A stretch of 64,000 nucleotides of DNA. Origin: Candidatus Kapaibacterium sp. (GTDB taxonomy: Bacteria; Bacteroidota; Ignavibacteria; Kapaibacteriales; UBA2268). Positions within the stretch are counted from its first letter, which is position 1. Every line of letters begins with the position of its first letter. The translations under genes were made by a program, and so were the position numbers. Below, one piece after another: positions 8,882 to 19,171 of this stretch. The stretch is from positions 3,168,001 to 3,232,000 of the forward strand of contig OY761611.1 of NCBI GenBank assembly GCA_963664875.1. The letters run 5' to 3'. Below the pieces are notes generated by a model. The model worked only from the letters and a program-made list of their open reading frames with translations. It made no database searches and had not been told where the DNA came from.

Positions 8882-9601
8882 ATTTATTACCTCTTCGGTT
8901 GATATTGATTTAATCTCGGCTATTTTTTCTGCAACATATCGCACTTTTTCCGGTTCATTTCTCTTACCACGGTATGGCACCGGTGTCATATACGGGGAGT
9001 CTGTTTCTATCATTATCCTATCAATTGGAGCCATACGAACCACTTCATCAAGAGTGGACTTTTTGAAAGTGATGTTACCTGTAAAAGAAACTAAAAAATT
9101 CAAATCCAATGCACGCTTTAGCACTTCAACATCAGACGAGAAACAGTGCAAAACTCCTCGGAGCGAGCCATCTTGCATATTTTTAATATTTTCTATTAGA
9201 TCTTCGTCTGACTCTCTATTGTGAACTATCACCGGCAAATCCAGCTCTTTTGCCAAAGCAAGCTGCTTTTGGAATACTTCTATTTGTTTGTCTCTTGGAT
9301 TAAAATCATAATAATAATCGAGACCAATTTCTCCGATAGCCTTCACTTTTGAGTCATCAGCAGCTGATCTTATAAAACTTTCAGTAGTTTTATCATATTT
9401 TTCTGCATCATGCGGATGTACACCCAGACCGCAGAAAATATTATCATAACTATGGCATAAATCTAATACGCTTTGGAAATTTTTTGGTTCAATACCGGGT
9501 ATAATTATTGCATCTAAACCGGAATCAAAAGCTCTTTTTATGACAGCATCTCTGTCGTCATTGAATGCCTCAGCATCTATATGTGCGTGTGTGTCTATCA
9601 T
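8093..9601 (-). CDS. tatD: TatD family metallo-hydrolase/DNase fused in frame to a signal peptide and outer-membrane beta-barrel domain
   Basis: aa 1-250: IDTHAH, GVHPH, AIGEIGLDY, VHNRES, LHCFS, IETDSPY. Then a hydrophobic segment, acidic linker and amphipathic beta strands ending RFGIIWYPPF. Confidence 0.88.
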   Translation of the reverse strand: MIDTHAHIDAEAFNDDRDAVIKRAFDSGLDAIIIPGIEPKNFQSVLDLCHSYDNIFCGLGVHPHDAEKYDKTTESFIRSAADDSKVKAIGEIGLDYYYDFNPRDKQIEVFQKQLALAKELDLPVIVHNRESDEDLIENIKNMQDGSLRGVLHCFSSDVEVLKRALDLNFLVSFTGNITFKKSTLDEVVRMAPIDRIMIETDSPYMTPVPYRGKRNEPEKVRYVAEKIAEIKSISTEEVINMTTNNARKFFNLFVLALFFVFGSLSLYAQNEEDYDEENGEEVELQDGEYIDEETGEVMVNPFERFIGFGPVIGANTVVQSQAITNTEGEIINKSISYDGIVAYGGRVLWGVTDYLLLEGAYTYSKNTKIAEENVNIDPFTYTVYNLSSHWIPNPRNRINFFATAGLTYFSSNISVFDEVSGLRVPKTNNQMGMNFGLGLFVNFNMNDYGMLTLSAEWRVDFKLANEDMTVVEYDGSKEVPLKADVSEFFSIPRFGIIWYPPF

Positions 9602-9701
9602 TATATCTATTACTTGCCAAACAAAACGTGAATAAAATCGACAAGCAAATATACGATATTTAGAGAAAAAATTGTTTCTGTAGGGAAAATATATGATTTT
9701 A

Positions 9702-10439
9702 TCAGATTGATTTGCTCATGATTCTTTTCACAGAATCAACGATAATGGAGTTAATAAGCGATTTGTCGGCATCAAGGCTGTGGCTGTGAATGCTGCAGTC
9801 ATGGAAGATATTTTTTTCTGCTAAAACATTGGATAATATTTGAGTAGAATCGGAAGAAACTGCATCTGTACCTGAAGAAATATAAATATGACGTCTGCTT
9901 TTAAGGAAAGTCATCCAATATGGATCATTTAAGTTAGGTAAAAAATGTATCGGTGAATTGAAGTAGCAGTTATCATCAAAATAGTTATCCGTCATTAGAG
10001 ACAAATCAAAAAAACCTGATACTGCAATCGTGCCTATAAAAATATCCGGACGTCTGAAAAAAGTATTGGCAGCATGGAAAGCACCCTTGCCTGCTCCACA
10101 AGTAATAATCGGGACAGGAGTGCCACAATCATTAAAAATAAAAGGTAACACTTCGGTAGTAATAAAAAGATTGTATTTGTGCAACAGTTCAGATTTTTGC
10201 TCAGGCGATTTATCACTTTCCCAAATCACACTGCAGGGATTGGCAATAGAGTAAACCTTGCATTTGCCCTTTCTGATGAAAGGCATAAGGCATTCTATTA
10301 GCCCGTCTTTTTCTGCTTGAAGCGGGCTGTTTTCCGATGAAGTAAACAGCATAATAGCTATACCGCATTTGCCGTAAACCGCAACTTCATTAGCACCTTC
10401 AAAATGCTGGCTTGTGATATTTACCAAAGTTCTTTTCAT
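9702..10439 (-). CDS. Esterase-family alpha/beta hydrolase-like protein, nucleophile Ser apparently replaced
   Basis: GAGKGAFHAANTFFRRPDIFIGTIAVSGFFD and YFNSPIHFLPNL match this family; GxSxG reads GAGKG. Confidence 0.65.
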   Translation of the reverse strand: MKRTLVNITSQHFEGANEVAVYGKCGIAIMLFTSSENSPLQAEKDGLIECLMPFIRKGKCKVYSIANPCSVIWESDKSPEQKSELLHKYNLFITTEVLPFIFNDCGTPVPIITCGAGKGAFHAANTFFRRPDIFIGTIAVSGFFDLSLMTDNYFDDNCYFNSPIHFLPNLNDPYWMTFLKSRRHIYISSGTDAVSSDSTQILSNVLAEKNIFHDCSIHSHSLDADKSLINSIIVDSVKRIMSKSI

Positions 10440-10931
10440 AAGTACTCCAATATAGCTATCCTTGAGGATAAATTCAAAATAATTTGTATCAGATATGTTT
10501 TAGAACGAATAGCTGTAAAGCTTTCAGGCAAATAAATCTTCGTAGATTCAAAAGAAAACAGATAATCTTTGCAAGTCAATAGCAAAAAGTGATAGAAAAT
10601 TATAAAATATAGCATACTTAAGGGATCAACTAATAGACTATTATTTAAAAACAACAAAAAAAGAAGTATAAAAATAGGAAAATTCATTATAACATCGTCA
10701 AATGGTAAATTGTCTGTTATAGGCTCTGTTATTTAAGAAATACGAGCGAATGTCTTAAACAAAATAACATTGAAACGATTTATTGCAAGACTATATATAG
10801 TTCAAATATAACGAGATATAGTTATAGTATAATAGAAATACGGCTTAGCTGAAATTTTATAGTGTGTTAGCACAAAGTAAATATATATAATCTATATTTG
10901 TGTACTATATATTTTTCAAAAGGAGTTTATA

Positions 10932-13712
10932 ATGTTACACAAACATCTTATAGTCGCTATATGTTTGCTGTTATTAAGCATTTCACAAGCTTTCTCATCC
11001 GTAGAATTTAGAGAGCCATATTTAGAAATCCCCACATCTAATTCTATTTGGATTAATTGGAAAACGAATTTTGCCGGAGAAAGCAAAGTTGAATATGGCA
11101 CGTCTGAAACTGCACTAAATAACTCAGCAGTGCCTGTAGTAAATCAGTGGAGTGATGCAGGCTATGATAATAACTATTTTTATCATAGTGTACACTTGAC
11201 CGGCTTATCTGCAAGCACAACTTATTACTATAGAGTAACAACAGGCGATAAAACCTCTCCCATTTATTCTTTCAAAACTTTTCCTAAGCAGGGTGAGTCA
11301 GGTAGAGAAAGTGGTGTTATCAGGTTTGCAATAGTTGGAGATAACCAATTGAAAAACGAACCAAGATACGATTCCATAATGACAAAATTAAAACAGAAAA
11401 TTGAAACTAAATTTGGGAAACCATTTAATCAGCATCTTGACGCAATCCTTATGGTTGGCGATCAGGTTGATGTCGGTACTTTAGATCATTACGAATGGGT
11501 TCATTTCGATAAGACAAAGTATGTTTCGCCCTATGTAGGTACTTCAACAGTTCTTGGCAATCATGAGACTTATGGTACTCTGAAAACAAAGGCATATACA
11601 GACCATTTTCATTACGATGGTTTTGAGTATCAAGGTATAAAAAGCAATACAGAAGAGTATTACGCATATCAAATCGGAAATGCTTTAATAATCAATCTTT
11701 CTACTGAAGGCAACTCTGATTATAACAAAACTCAGTTAGCTTGGTTGCAGTCTGTTGTCGAAGCAGCAGATAATGATCCGACAGTTCAACATATTTTTTC
11801 ACTTGGACACAGACCGTATCAGGCAGAACAGTACATCGGAGATATTTCTAACTGGGTTAGATTTACTGCATTTCCTGTACTAAAAGCAAGTCCAAAAATG
11901 TTTATGCATATTGGTGCCCATCATCATCTTTACGCAAGAGGTCAGGACAAAGACGCACCTGTTTACAACATTATCTCCGGGGGTACTGCTTGGGATCAAT
12001 ATTGGGGTATGTCAAAAGAAGAAGATTACGATGATGTTCAAAAAACTATTTCAAGATGGGCTTATCAGATTGTTGAAATAAATGTAAAAGACCAAACAGT
12101 TGATGTAGAATGCTATTCTGTAGGTTACACTACTAAAATCAATGATTGGACTGATACCAAAACAAAATATGTTTGGGAAGATAATTTGCTGATAGATAAG
12201 TTTACAAGAAAATTTGCAAATATTGTGCCCCCTGCGAAACCGTCTATTACAACTATTGTCCAAGACTCAATCGAATTACCATTTACATTTTCGAGTTCTG
12301 AATACTTATCAGAAGCAGGAGAGCTTCATAACTCGACTCAATTCCAAGTATCTCAAGATTTACAGTTTTCAATTAAAGAGCTTGATTTGCTAAGAGATTT
12401 TGAGAATCTGTTTGGCATGGGAGAGCATCCATGGGAATCAAAAGACATAAACGCAGGAATTGATATCTTTAAATATGAAGTGCCACAAGGTTCGATTGGA
12501 AATGGTACACACTATATCCGCGTGAGGCATAGAGATAGAAACTTGACTTGGTCTGATTGGTCAGAACCGCTTTCTTTCAATGTTAAGAATAGTATTGTAA
12601 TCAATCCTGAACTTACTACAAATTCAAAATATTTTGAAATTGGAGATACTATTGTCGTTACCTACTCTGGATGTAGCGGCAATCTCAAAGATTGGATAGG
12701 TATATACAAATCAGGAGAAACTCCGGGAGAAGTCAATTCGACAGAATGGGCCTATCTTACAGGGCCTTCCGGTATCGCTAAATTTACTTTGAAAGAAAAC
12801 GGCAAATACTATATTACTTTGATGGAAAATGATGGGTATAACGAAATAGTTGACAGAATTGACATCACTGTAGGACAAAAAGCAATACTCGAAACAAGTA
12901 AATTTAGTTATAAAGAGCAGGAAAAACTTATTATTAACTTCAAAAACTGCCCTATAAATCAAAATGATTGGATTGGAATTTATCGTATCGGAAAAGAACC
13001 CGGCTCTGTCGCTTCTGACACATGGACTTACATCACTCAAGATTCCGGTTCCGCAGAGTTTGACGCATTACCAAAGGGATATTATTTCGCACAATACTTC
13101 CTTACGGACGGATACGAACCCGCAAGTGATAGAATTTATTTTTCAGTCGGTGACACTATCGCCAGCATTTCTACAAATAAACTTACATATAATCTTGGAG
13201 ACTTGATTTCTGTCAATTTTACTGATGGACCGGGTATTGCAAAAGATTACTTAGGAATGTATAAAAAAGGTGACGACCCCAATGTAAACCCTTTATTAAG
13301 TTATGTTTACGTTGAAGGTAAACCATCTGGCACTGCTGTATTTGAAGGTAATAATCTGCCAAAAGAAAAAGGAGATTACTTTGTTGTTTTCTTCACTAAC
13401 GATTCTTATAATGAGATTTCTAACAGAGCATATTTTACGGTCAAATCATCAGTCAGTGTGTTAGAGGAGAGTGATGATTTTGTAAAACTTTATCCGAATC
13501 CTTCTTCAAATGATGTTTCGTTTGTACAGTCAACTTACCCTATTGAAAAGATTGATATTTATGATAATATGGGAAGGCTGCTCTTTACTAAACAGGTAAA
13601 TAATGAGTCAAATAGCTCAGCAATTTTAAATCATAATTTGCCTGCCGGTGTTTACTATGTCAAAGTTTTCTCAAATAAAGTTTACACAGTAAAAATGGTT
13701 GTAAGCGAATAA
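10932..13712 (+). CDS. Secreted purple acid phosphatase-like metallophosphoesterase with FN3 domain, three Ig-like DWIGIY repeats and T9SS-type C-terminal domain
   Basis: GDNQ, GDQVD, GNHE, GHRP, GAHHHLYAR motifs; KLYPNPS...LPAGVYYVKV...KMVV tail; AGGAG SD and TATATTTG promoter at 10893-10900. Confidence 0.88.
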   Translation: MLHKHLIVAICLLLLSISQAFSSVEFREPYLEIPTSNSIWINWKTNFAGESKVEYGTSETALNNSAVPVVNQWSDAGYDNNYFYHSVHLTGLSASTTYYYRVTTGDKTSPIYSFKTFPKQGESGRESGVIRFAIVGDNQLKNEPRYDSIMTKLKQKIETKFGKPFNQHLDAILMVGDQVDVGTLDHYEWVHFDKTKYVSPYVGTSTVLGNHETYGTLKTKAYTDHFHYDGFEYQGIKSNTEEYYAYQIGNALIINLSTEGNSDYNKTQLAWLQSVVEAADNDPTVQHIFSLGHRPYQAEQYIGDISNWVRFTAFPVLKASPKMFMHIGAHHHLYARGQDKDAPVYNIISGGTAWDQYWGMSKEEDYDDVQKTISRWAYQIVEINVKDQTVDVECYSVGYTTKINDWTDTKTKYVWEDNLLIDKFTRKFANIVPPAKPSITTIVQDSIELPFTFSSSEYLSEAGELHNSTQFQVSQDLQFSIKELDLLRDFENLFGMGEHPWESKDINAGIDIFKYEVPQGSIGNGTHYIRVRHRDRNLTWSDWSEPLSFNVKNSIVINPELTTNSKYFEIGDTIVVTYSGCSGNLKDWIGIYKSGETPGEVNSTEWAYLTGPSGIAKFTLKENGKYYITLMENDGYNEIVDRIDITVGQKAILETSKFSYKEQEKLIINFKNCPINQNDWIGIYRIGKEPGSVASDTWTYITQDSGSAEFDALPKGYYFAQYFLTDGYEPASDRIYFSVGDTIASISTNKLTYNLGDLISVNFTDGPGIAKDYLGMYKKGDDPNVNPLLSYVYVEGKPSGTAVFEGNNLPKEKGDYFVVFFTNDSYNEISNRAYFTVKSSVSVLEESDDFVKLYPNPSSNDVSFVQSTYPIEKIDIYDNMGRLLFTKQVNNESNSSAILNHNLPAGVYYVKVFSNKVYTVKMVVSE

Positions 13713-13745
13713 TCTATTAGATTAAGAGTTTTAATACAATAATTC

Positions 13746-13778
13746 AGTCCTGTATTTCACAATACGGGACTTTTTTTT
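13746..13778 (+). terminator. Intrinsic terminator
   Basis: AGTCCtGTATT-tcac-AATACgGGACT followed by a T-run. Confidence 0.75.
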
Positions 13779-13971
13779 CAAATTTGTTCAACCCACAAAA
13801 ATGAGTTGTTTCCTATTAGTTTTTTCAGTTGAGTTTTGAAGTATTATTTTTGAACTCGAACGTAACTGCTTTATACGCTTTCTATTGATGTAAATAGAAG
13901 TATATATATTGGCGAAAGTAGATTAAATTGTAATCATTGTGGAAAACTCTAACTTGCTTATTTTCAAAGAA

Positions 13972-14003
13972 TTTGGATTATTCTAATTATTTCCCTAAAT
14001 TTG
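13972..14003 (+). promoter_or_regulatory. Bacteroidota-type sigmaA promoter of tpl
   Basis: TTTG (13972-75), 20-nt spacer, TAAATTTG (13996-14003): matches TTTG-N19-21-TAnnTTTG. Confidence 0.65.
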
Positions 14004-14106
14004 CCTGATATAGGAGAAATTATCGTTTGATATACAATTAAATGGATAGCTAACATAAACCCGAAACGCGGGTGTGTTACATTGATGAATTTTAAGAAGG
14101 ATTTAA

Positions 14107-15495
<1,389 letters not shown>

Positions 15496-15532
15496 TTTAA
15501 ACTGACTTATAAAAATTGATATTTATATCAAT

Positions 15533-15576
15533 AAAAAGCCCTGCATTCTTCTAGTAAGATTGCAGGGTGTTTTTTT
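15533..15576 (+). terminator. Bidirectional intrinsic terminator between tpl and the receiver gene
   Basis: CCCTGCA...TGCAGGG stem with flanking A- and T-runs. Confidence 0.65.
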
Positions 15577-15678
15577 ATAAAAAGCATTGTACGGAGCAGC
15601 TCTGGTATATAGCTTTTTCATAGGGTATGCGTGTCGTAGAAAAAAGTAACTATTACCTTGCCAAAATAATATGGGGAA

Positions 15679-16071
15679 TTATGAATAAGCAAAAGGTAAA
15701 TTTTTAACTCCACTGAAAAGACCGTCTATCACTGAGACCAAATTGCGGAAGTTAAATGTTTTGCTAATATACAAATCTGCTCCGTACTGTTTAGCTTCAT
15801 CTATAAGCCAACTGTCATTCATCGCCGACAAAATGACTATCTTGATTTTTGTATTGGATGAGCGTATCTTTCTTAAAGCTCTTATCCCGTCCATCTCGGG
15901 CATATTCAAATCTAAAAGCAATAGGTCAGGATTGCATTTATCCACAAGCTCAATAACCTCTCTACCATTTGATGCAATAGTAATGTCATTACTTTTAAAA
16001 CTTGTACCTAAATATTTACTAAGCAGCTCCGCGGATAGTCTGTGGTCTTCTGCAATTAGTATTTTTTTCAT
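15679..16071 (-). CDS. Single-domain response regulator (receiver only)
   Basis: MKKILIAEDH...LLLLDLNMPEMDG...ILSA...YISK; no output domain. Start reassigned from 16131 to the ATG at 16071. Confidence 0.85.
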   Translation of the reverse strand: MKKILIAEDHRLSAELLSKYLGTSFKSNDITIASNGREVIELVDKCNPDLLLLDLNMPEMDGIRALRKIRSSNTKIKIVILSAMNDSWLIDEAKQYGADLYISKTFNFRNLVSVIDGLFSGVKNLPFAYS

Positions 16072-16348
16072 TAGATTTACCTGTGCTTTGCTTATTAACT
16101 GATTTATATAATATACAATATGTTCAGACAATATAAAAATATTTGCTGAAAATTCAGTATAAGTTGCTATGTGCCAAATAAATACGTAATAGAAAAACGG
16201 TATTCATTATAAGATAAATAGGTAGGAGTGTAGGTGTTTTAACCTATATCGATTAAAATAAGTAATTATATTTTGAAGTTAATTGTAATAGTAGTATATT
16301 GTATGTAGAAGAAAAAAAAACACAAAGTACTCTATGGGTCTATGAAGT

Positions 16349-16993
16349 ATGAAAATGAATCGTGTTTTTGTTGCAGATGATGAACCATTATTTTCATCAC
16401 TGCTACAACAGTTGGTTGCTGAAAATAAATACATGGAGCTTGCCGGTGCTGCAAAACTGGGGGCAGAAGTCCTTGCTTTTGTAAATAGCAGTAATACTGA
16501 TTTACTTGTGCTTGATATCAAAATGCCTGATTTCAATGGCGATGAAGTACTCGAAAAACTTATGCCCGAAAATCCTGAACTTAAAGTGATGATTCTTTCG
16601 GCAGAACTTGATCCGAAACTGATAAAAAAAACTATCAGTCTCGGTGCAAAAGGCTTCGTTAGCAAAAATGTAAATGTCGATGAGCTAATGCACGCGATGG
16701 AAAAAATCCTCGACGGCAAACAGCATTTATGTGCCGACGCAACGATGGCATTAGTGCAAAACAAAACACCAAACAAAAATATCTGCTACCTTGGACATGA
16801 GCTAACCAATAGGGAGCAAGATGTATTGGATCTGCTCTTAGAAGGGCTTACAACCTCCGAAATTGCAGATAAACTATGCCTAAGTCCCAGAACTGTCGAA
16901 ACTCACAGACGAAATATGCTTACAAAATTTGGTGCAAGAAACATCCCTCATCTTATAAAGATTATCATGGCAAAAAAGGAAGAACTACAGTAA
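16349..16993 (+). CDS. NarL/LuxR family response regulator
   Basis: Receiver (VADDE, LDIKMP) plus LTNREQDVL...IADKLCLSPRTVETHRRNMLTK HTH. Confidence 0.92.
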   Translation: MKMNRVFVADDEPLFSSLLQQLVAENKYMELAGAAKLGAEVLAFVNSSNTDLLVLDIKMPDFNGDEVLEKLMPENPELKVMILSAELDPKLIKKTISLGAKGFVSKNVNVDELMHAMEKILDGKQHLCADATMALVQNKTPNKNICYLGHELTNREQDVLDLLLEGLTTSEIADKLCLSPRTVETHRRNMLTKFGARNIPHLIKIIMAKKEELQ

Positions 16994-17352
16994 GTAATTT
17001 TTTCTTTAAATTAAAATATTTCAGAAAAGGGAAGCAAATTGTAAAACTTGTTTCCTTTTTATTTATCTATCACAATAATAAAAACATTCCGAAAAAATAA
17101 AATAGATTCTTCTCTCTATGGAGGGCTGCTTTTTGTAAGCTTACTATCATCCTTTGTCCCAAGGGACATCTCTTCAGAATATATTTTGCTATTAAGAACG
17201 CTCATAAAACCGGTAAATATATAAAAATACCTGCTCCCTTTAGAATCTAAAAAGGAGAAATCCTAAGCATGTTACGAAAAAAATGACTAACAATGCTAAA
17301 GGTTTAGCATTGCAATTATAGGAATTTTAGTAAATATCAAAACCCGGCAATC

Positions 17353-17652
17353 TTAAGAGTTTTCTATTTTTTTGGCAAATCTTGCTGATCTTACATTATA
17401 TACAGCAGCAAACACACCGCCAATTAAGATAAGCCCTGAACCGTAAATCTCAGCTAAAGTAAAATTGGCAAATATTACTTCCTGAAACAAAGACGGCTTC
17501 AAAAGATTTATCAAAATAAATCCTGAGAAAAGTAAGAGATAATATGTGAATAAAGAAAGTCCAAGTCTTCCTTTAAATCTTGCTATTTCACCTTTTTTGG
17601 CGATAGCTGTAATTGCATCCATGGCAACCACCCTCAAGTAATAAAATGACAA
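17353..17652 (-). CDS. Small hypothetical membrane protein (2 TM); start possibly MDAIT
   Basis: Two hydrophobic segments; no recognisable family. Confidence 0.45.
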   Translation of the reverse strand: MSFYYLRVVAMDAITAIAKKGEIARFKGRLGLSLFTYYLLLFSGFILINLLKPSLFQEVIFANFTLAEIYGSGLILIGGVFAAVYNVRSARFAKKIENS

Positions 17653-17800
17653 TCAAAAGTGTAGAAAATTACGATAGCCACCTACTAAGTATTACACCTA
17701 ATTCACTTGAGCAAGTTAAAATATATTCAACAAAAATCCAAATAAAAATTTAGATTTTGTCAAATAATTTCAAAAATGTGGAAAAATTGAATATTGTGTT

Positions 17801-18712
17801 CTAATAACCTAAGGATTTGAGCATTCCTATTTTGTCTCGCCAGTCTTTACGAACTTTGACAAAAAGCTCTAAATATATAGGTAGTCCGAGATGTTCTTCG
17901 ATATCTGCCCTTGCTTTTTCGCCGATAGATTTGATTTTAGCACCTGATTTGCCAATTATGATTCTTTTCTGACTATCTCGTTCGACTATTATGTCAGCCG
18001 AAATATACCACTTGCCATTTTCTCTTTCTTTAAATTCTAAGATTTGCACTTCAGTTGAGTAAGGAACTTCGTCACCAAATCCGGTGAAAATGTGCTCTCT
18101 TATCATCTCAGAGACAAAGAATCTTTGTGGTTGAGTGCTTAACATTTCAGGGTCGTAATAAAAGCTGCCTAATGGGAGGTACTTTTTGGCAACTTCCAAA
18201 AATGTATCAATATTGCTGTTTTTTAGGGCAGAAAGAGGTATTATCTCTTGAAAGATTGCCATTTCACTAAAAGTAATTATCAGTGGGAGTACTTCCTTCC
18301 TGTCAGCTTTTTTATCTAACTTGTTTAGGATAAGTATTTTTGGTTTGGAGATGTTTTTAAGATTTTCCAGAAAAGTTTCATGGAAATATGTCTTTGGATC
18401 GCTGCACTTTTCCAAATCCAGCAAAACTGCAATAATATCAGCATCCCGCATAGATTCATCTACATATTCCATCATCGTTTTTTGCATTTCATATCGGGGT
18501 TTCAAAATTCCCGGTGTATCATGAAAAACAATCTGCATATCTTCATCTGTATATATGCCCAGTACTCTCTTTCTGGTAGTCTGAGGCTTCGGTGTTACGA
18601 TTGATAGCTTGGTGCCCATTAGAGCATTCATCAAGGTAGATTTGCCTGCGTTAGGTTTGCCGACAAGTGTAATATATCCGGATTTAGTAGTCAAATTATT
18701 TAGTTTCCTCAT
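17801..18712 (-). CDS. era: GTPase Era
   Basis: GKPNAGKST, PQTTR, DTPG, NKLD and KH domain IIIGKSGAKIK. Confidence 0.97.
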   Translation of the reverse strand: MRKLNNLTTKSGYITLVGKPNAGKSTLMNALMGTKLSIVTPKPQTTRKRVLGIYTDEDMQIVFHDTPGILKPRYEMQKTMMEYVDESMRDADIIAVLLDLEKCSDPKTYFHETFLENLKNISKPKILILNKLDKKADRKEVLPLIITFSEMAIFQEIIPLSALKNSNIDTFLEVAKKYLPLGSFYYDPEMLSTQPQRFFVSEMIREHIFTGFGDEVPYSTEVQILEFKERENGKWYISADIIVERDSQKRIIIGKSGAKIKSIGEKARADIEEHLGLPIYLELFVKVRKDWRDKIGMLKSLGY

Positions 18713-19007
18713 TTACATCAGTAACTTGTTTAGATTTCTTGAGGATTGCGTAAGGAATAATTCCTAAATAGCCAATCACAAGTACAATAGGAGCAAGAGT
18801 TACAGCAAAGAAATTATTCCATTTGCCTGCTTCTACTGCCGGCTCTTCCGTTACTCCTGTGAACATAAGCAAATAGCCAAGTATAACGACACCAAATCCG
18901 ATACCAAGCCATTTAAAATTTTCTTTATCTAAAGGGAAATTCCATTTAGTCTCTTTTTTAGGCTTATTGCCTAAGATTGAAGCTGCATTTTTTGCCATTA
19001 AATTCAT
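18696..19007 (-). CDS. DUF3098 family membrane protein
   Basis: KENF...IGFGVVILGYLLM...TLAPIVLVIGY...YAIL pattern typical of DUF3098; overlaps the era start. Confidence 0.75.
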   Translation of the reverse strand: MNLMAKNAASILGNKPKKETKWNFPLDKENFKWLGIGFGVVILGYLLMFTGVTEEPAVEAGKWNNFFAVTLAPIVLVIGYLGIIPYAILKKSKQVTDVNEETK

Positions 19008-19171
19008 TCCTTATATTATTTCAATATCGCAAAGATAAGGATTTACAAGCAAATAATCTAACCTTATCAAAAGGCCGATAGATTTTTAGGCATTTGTGTT
19101 TTATATTACTTATCTTTGTAAGTTACTATACAAGCAATTTTGCACTAAGTTCACTTTTTGAGGCATTTTAT

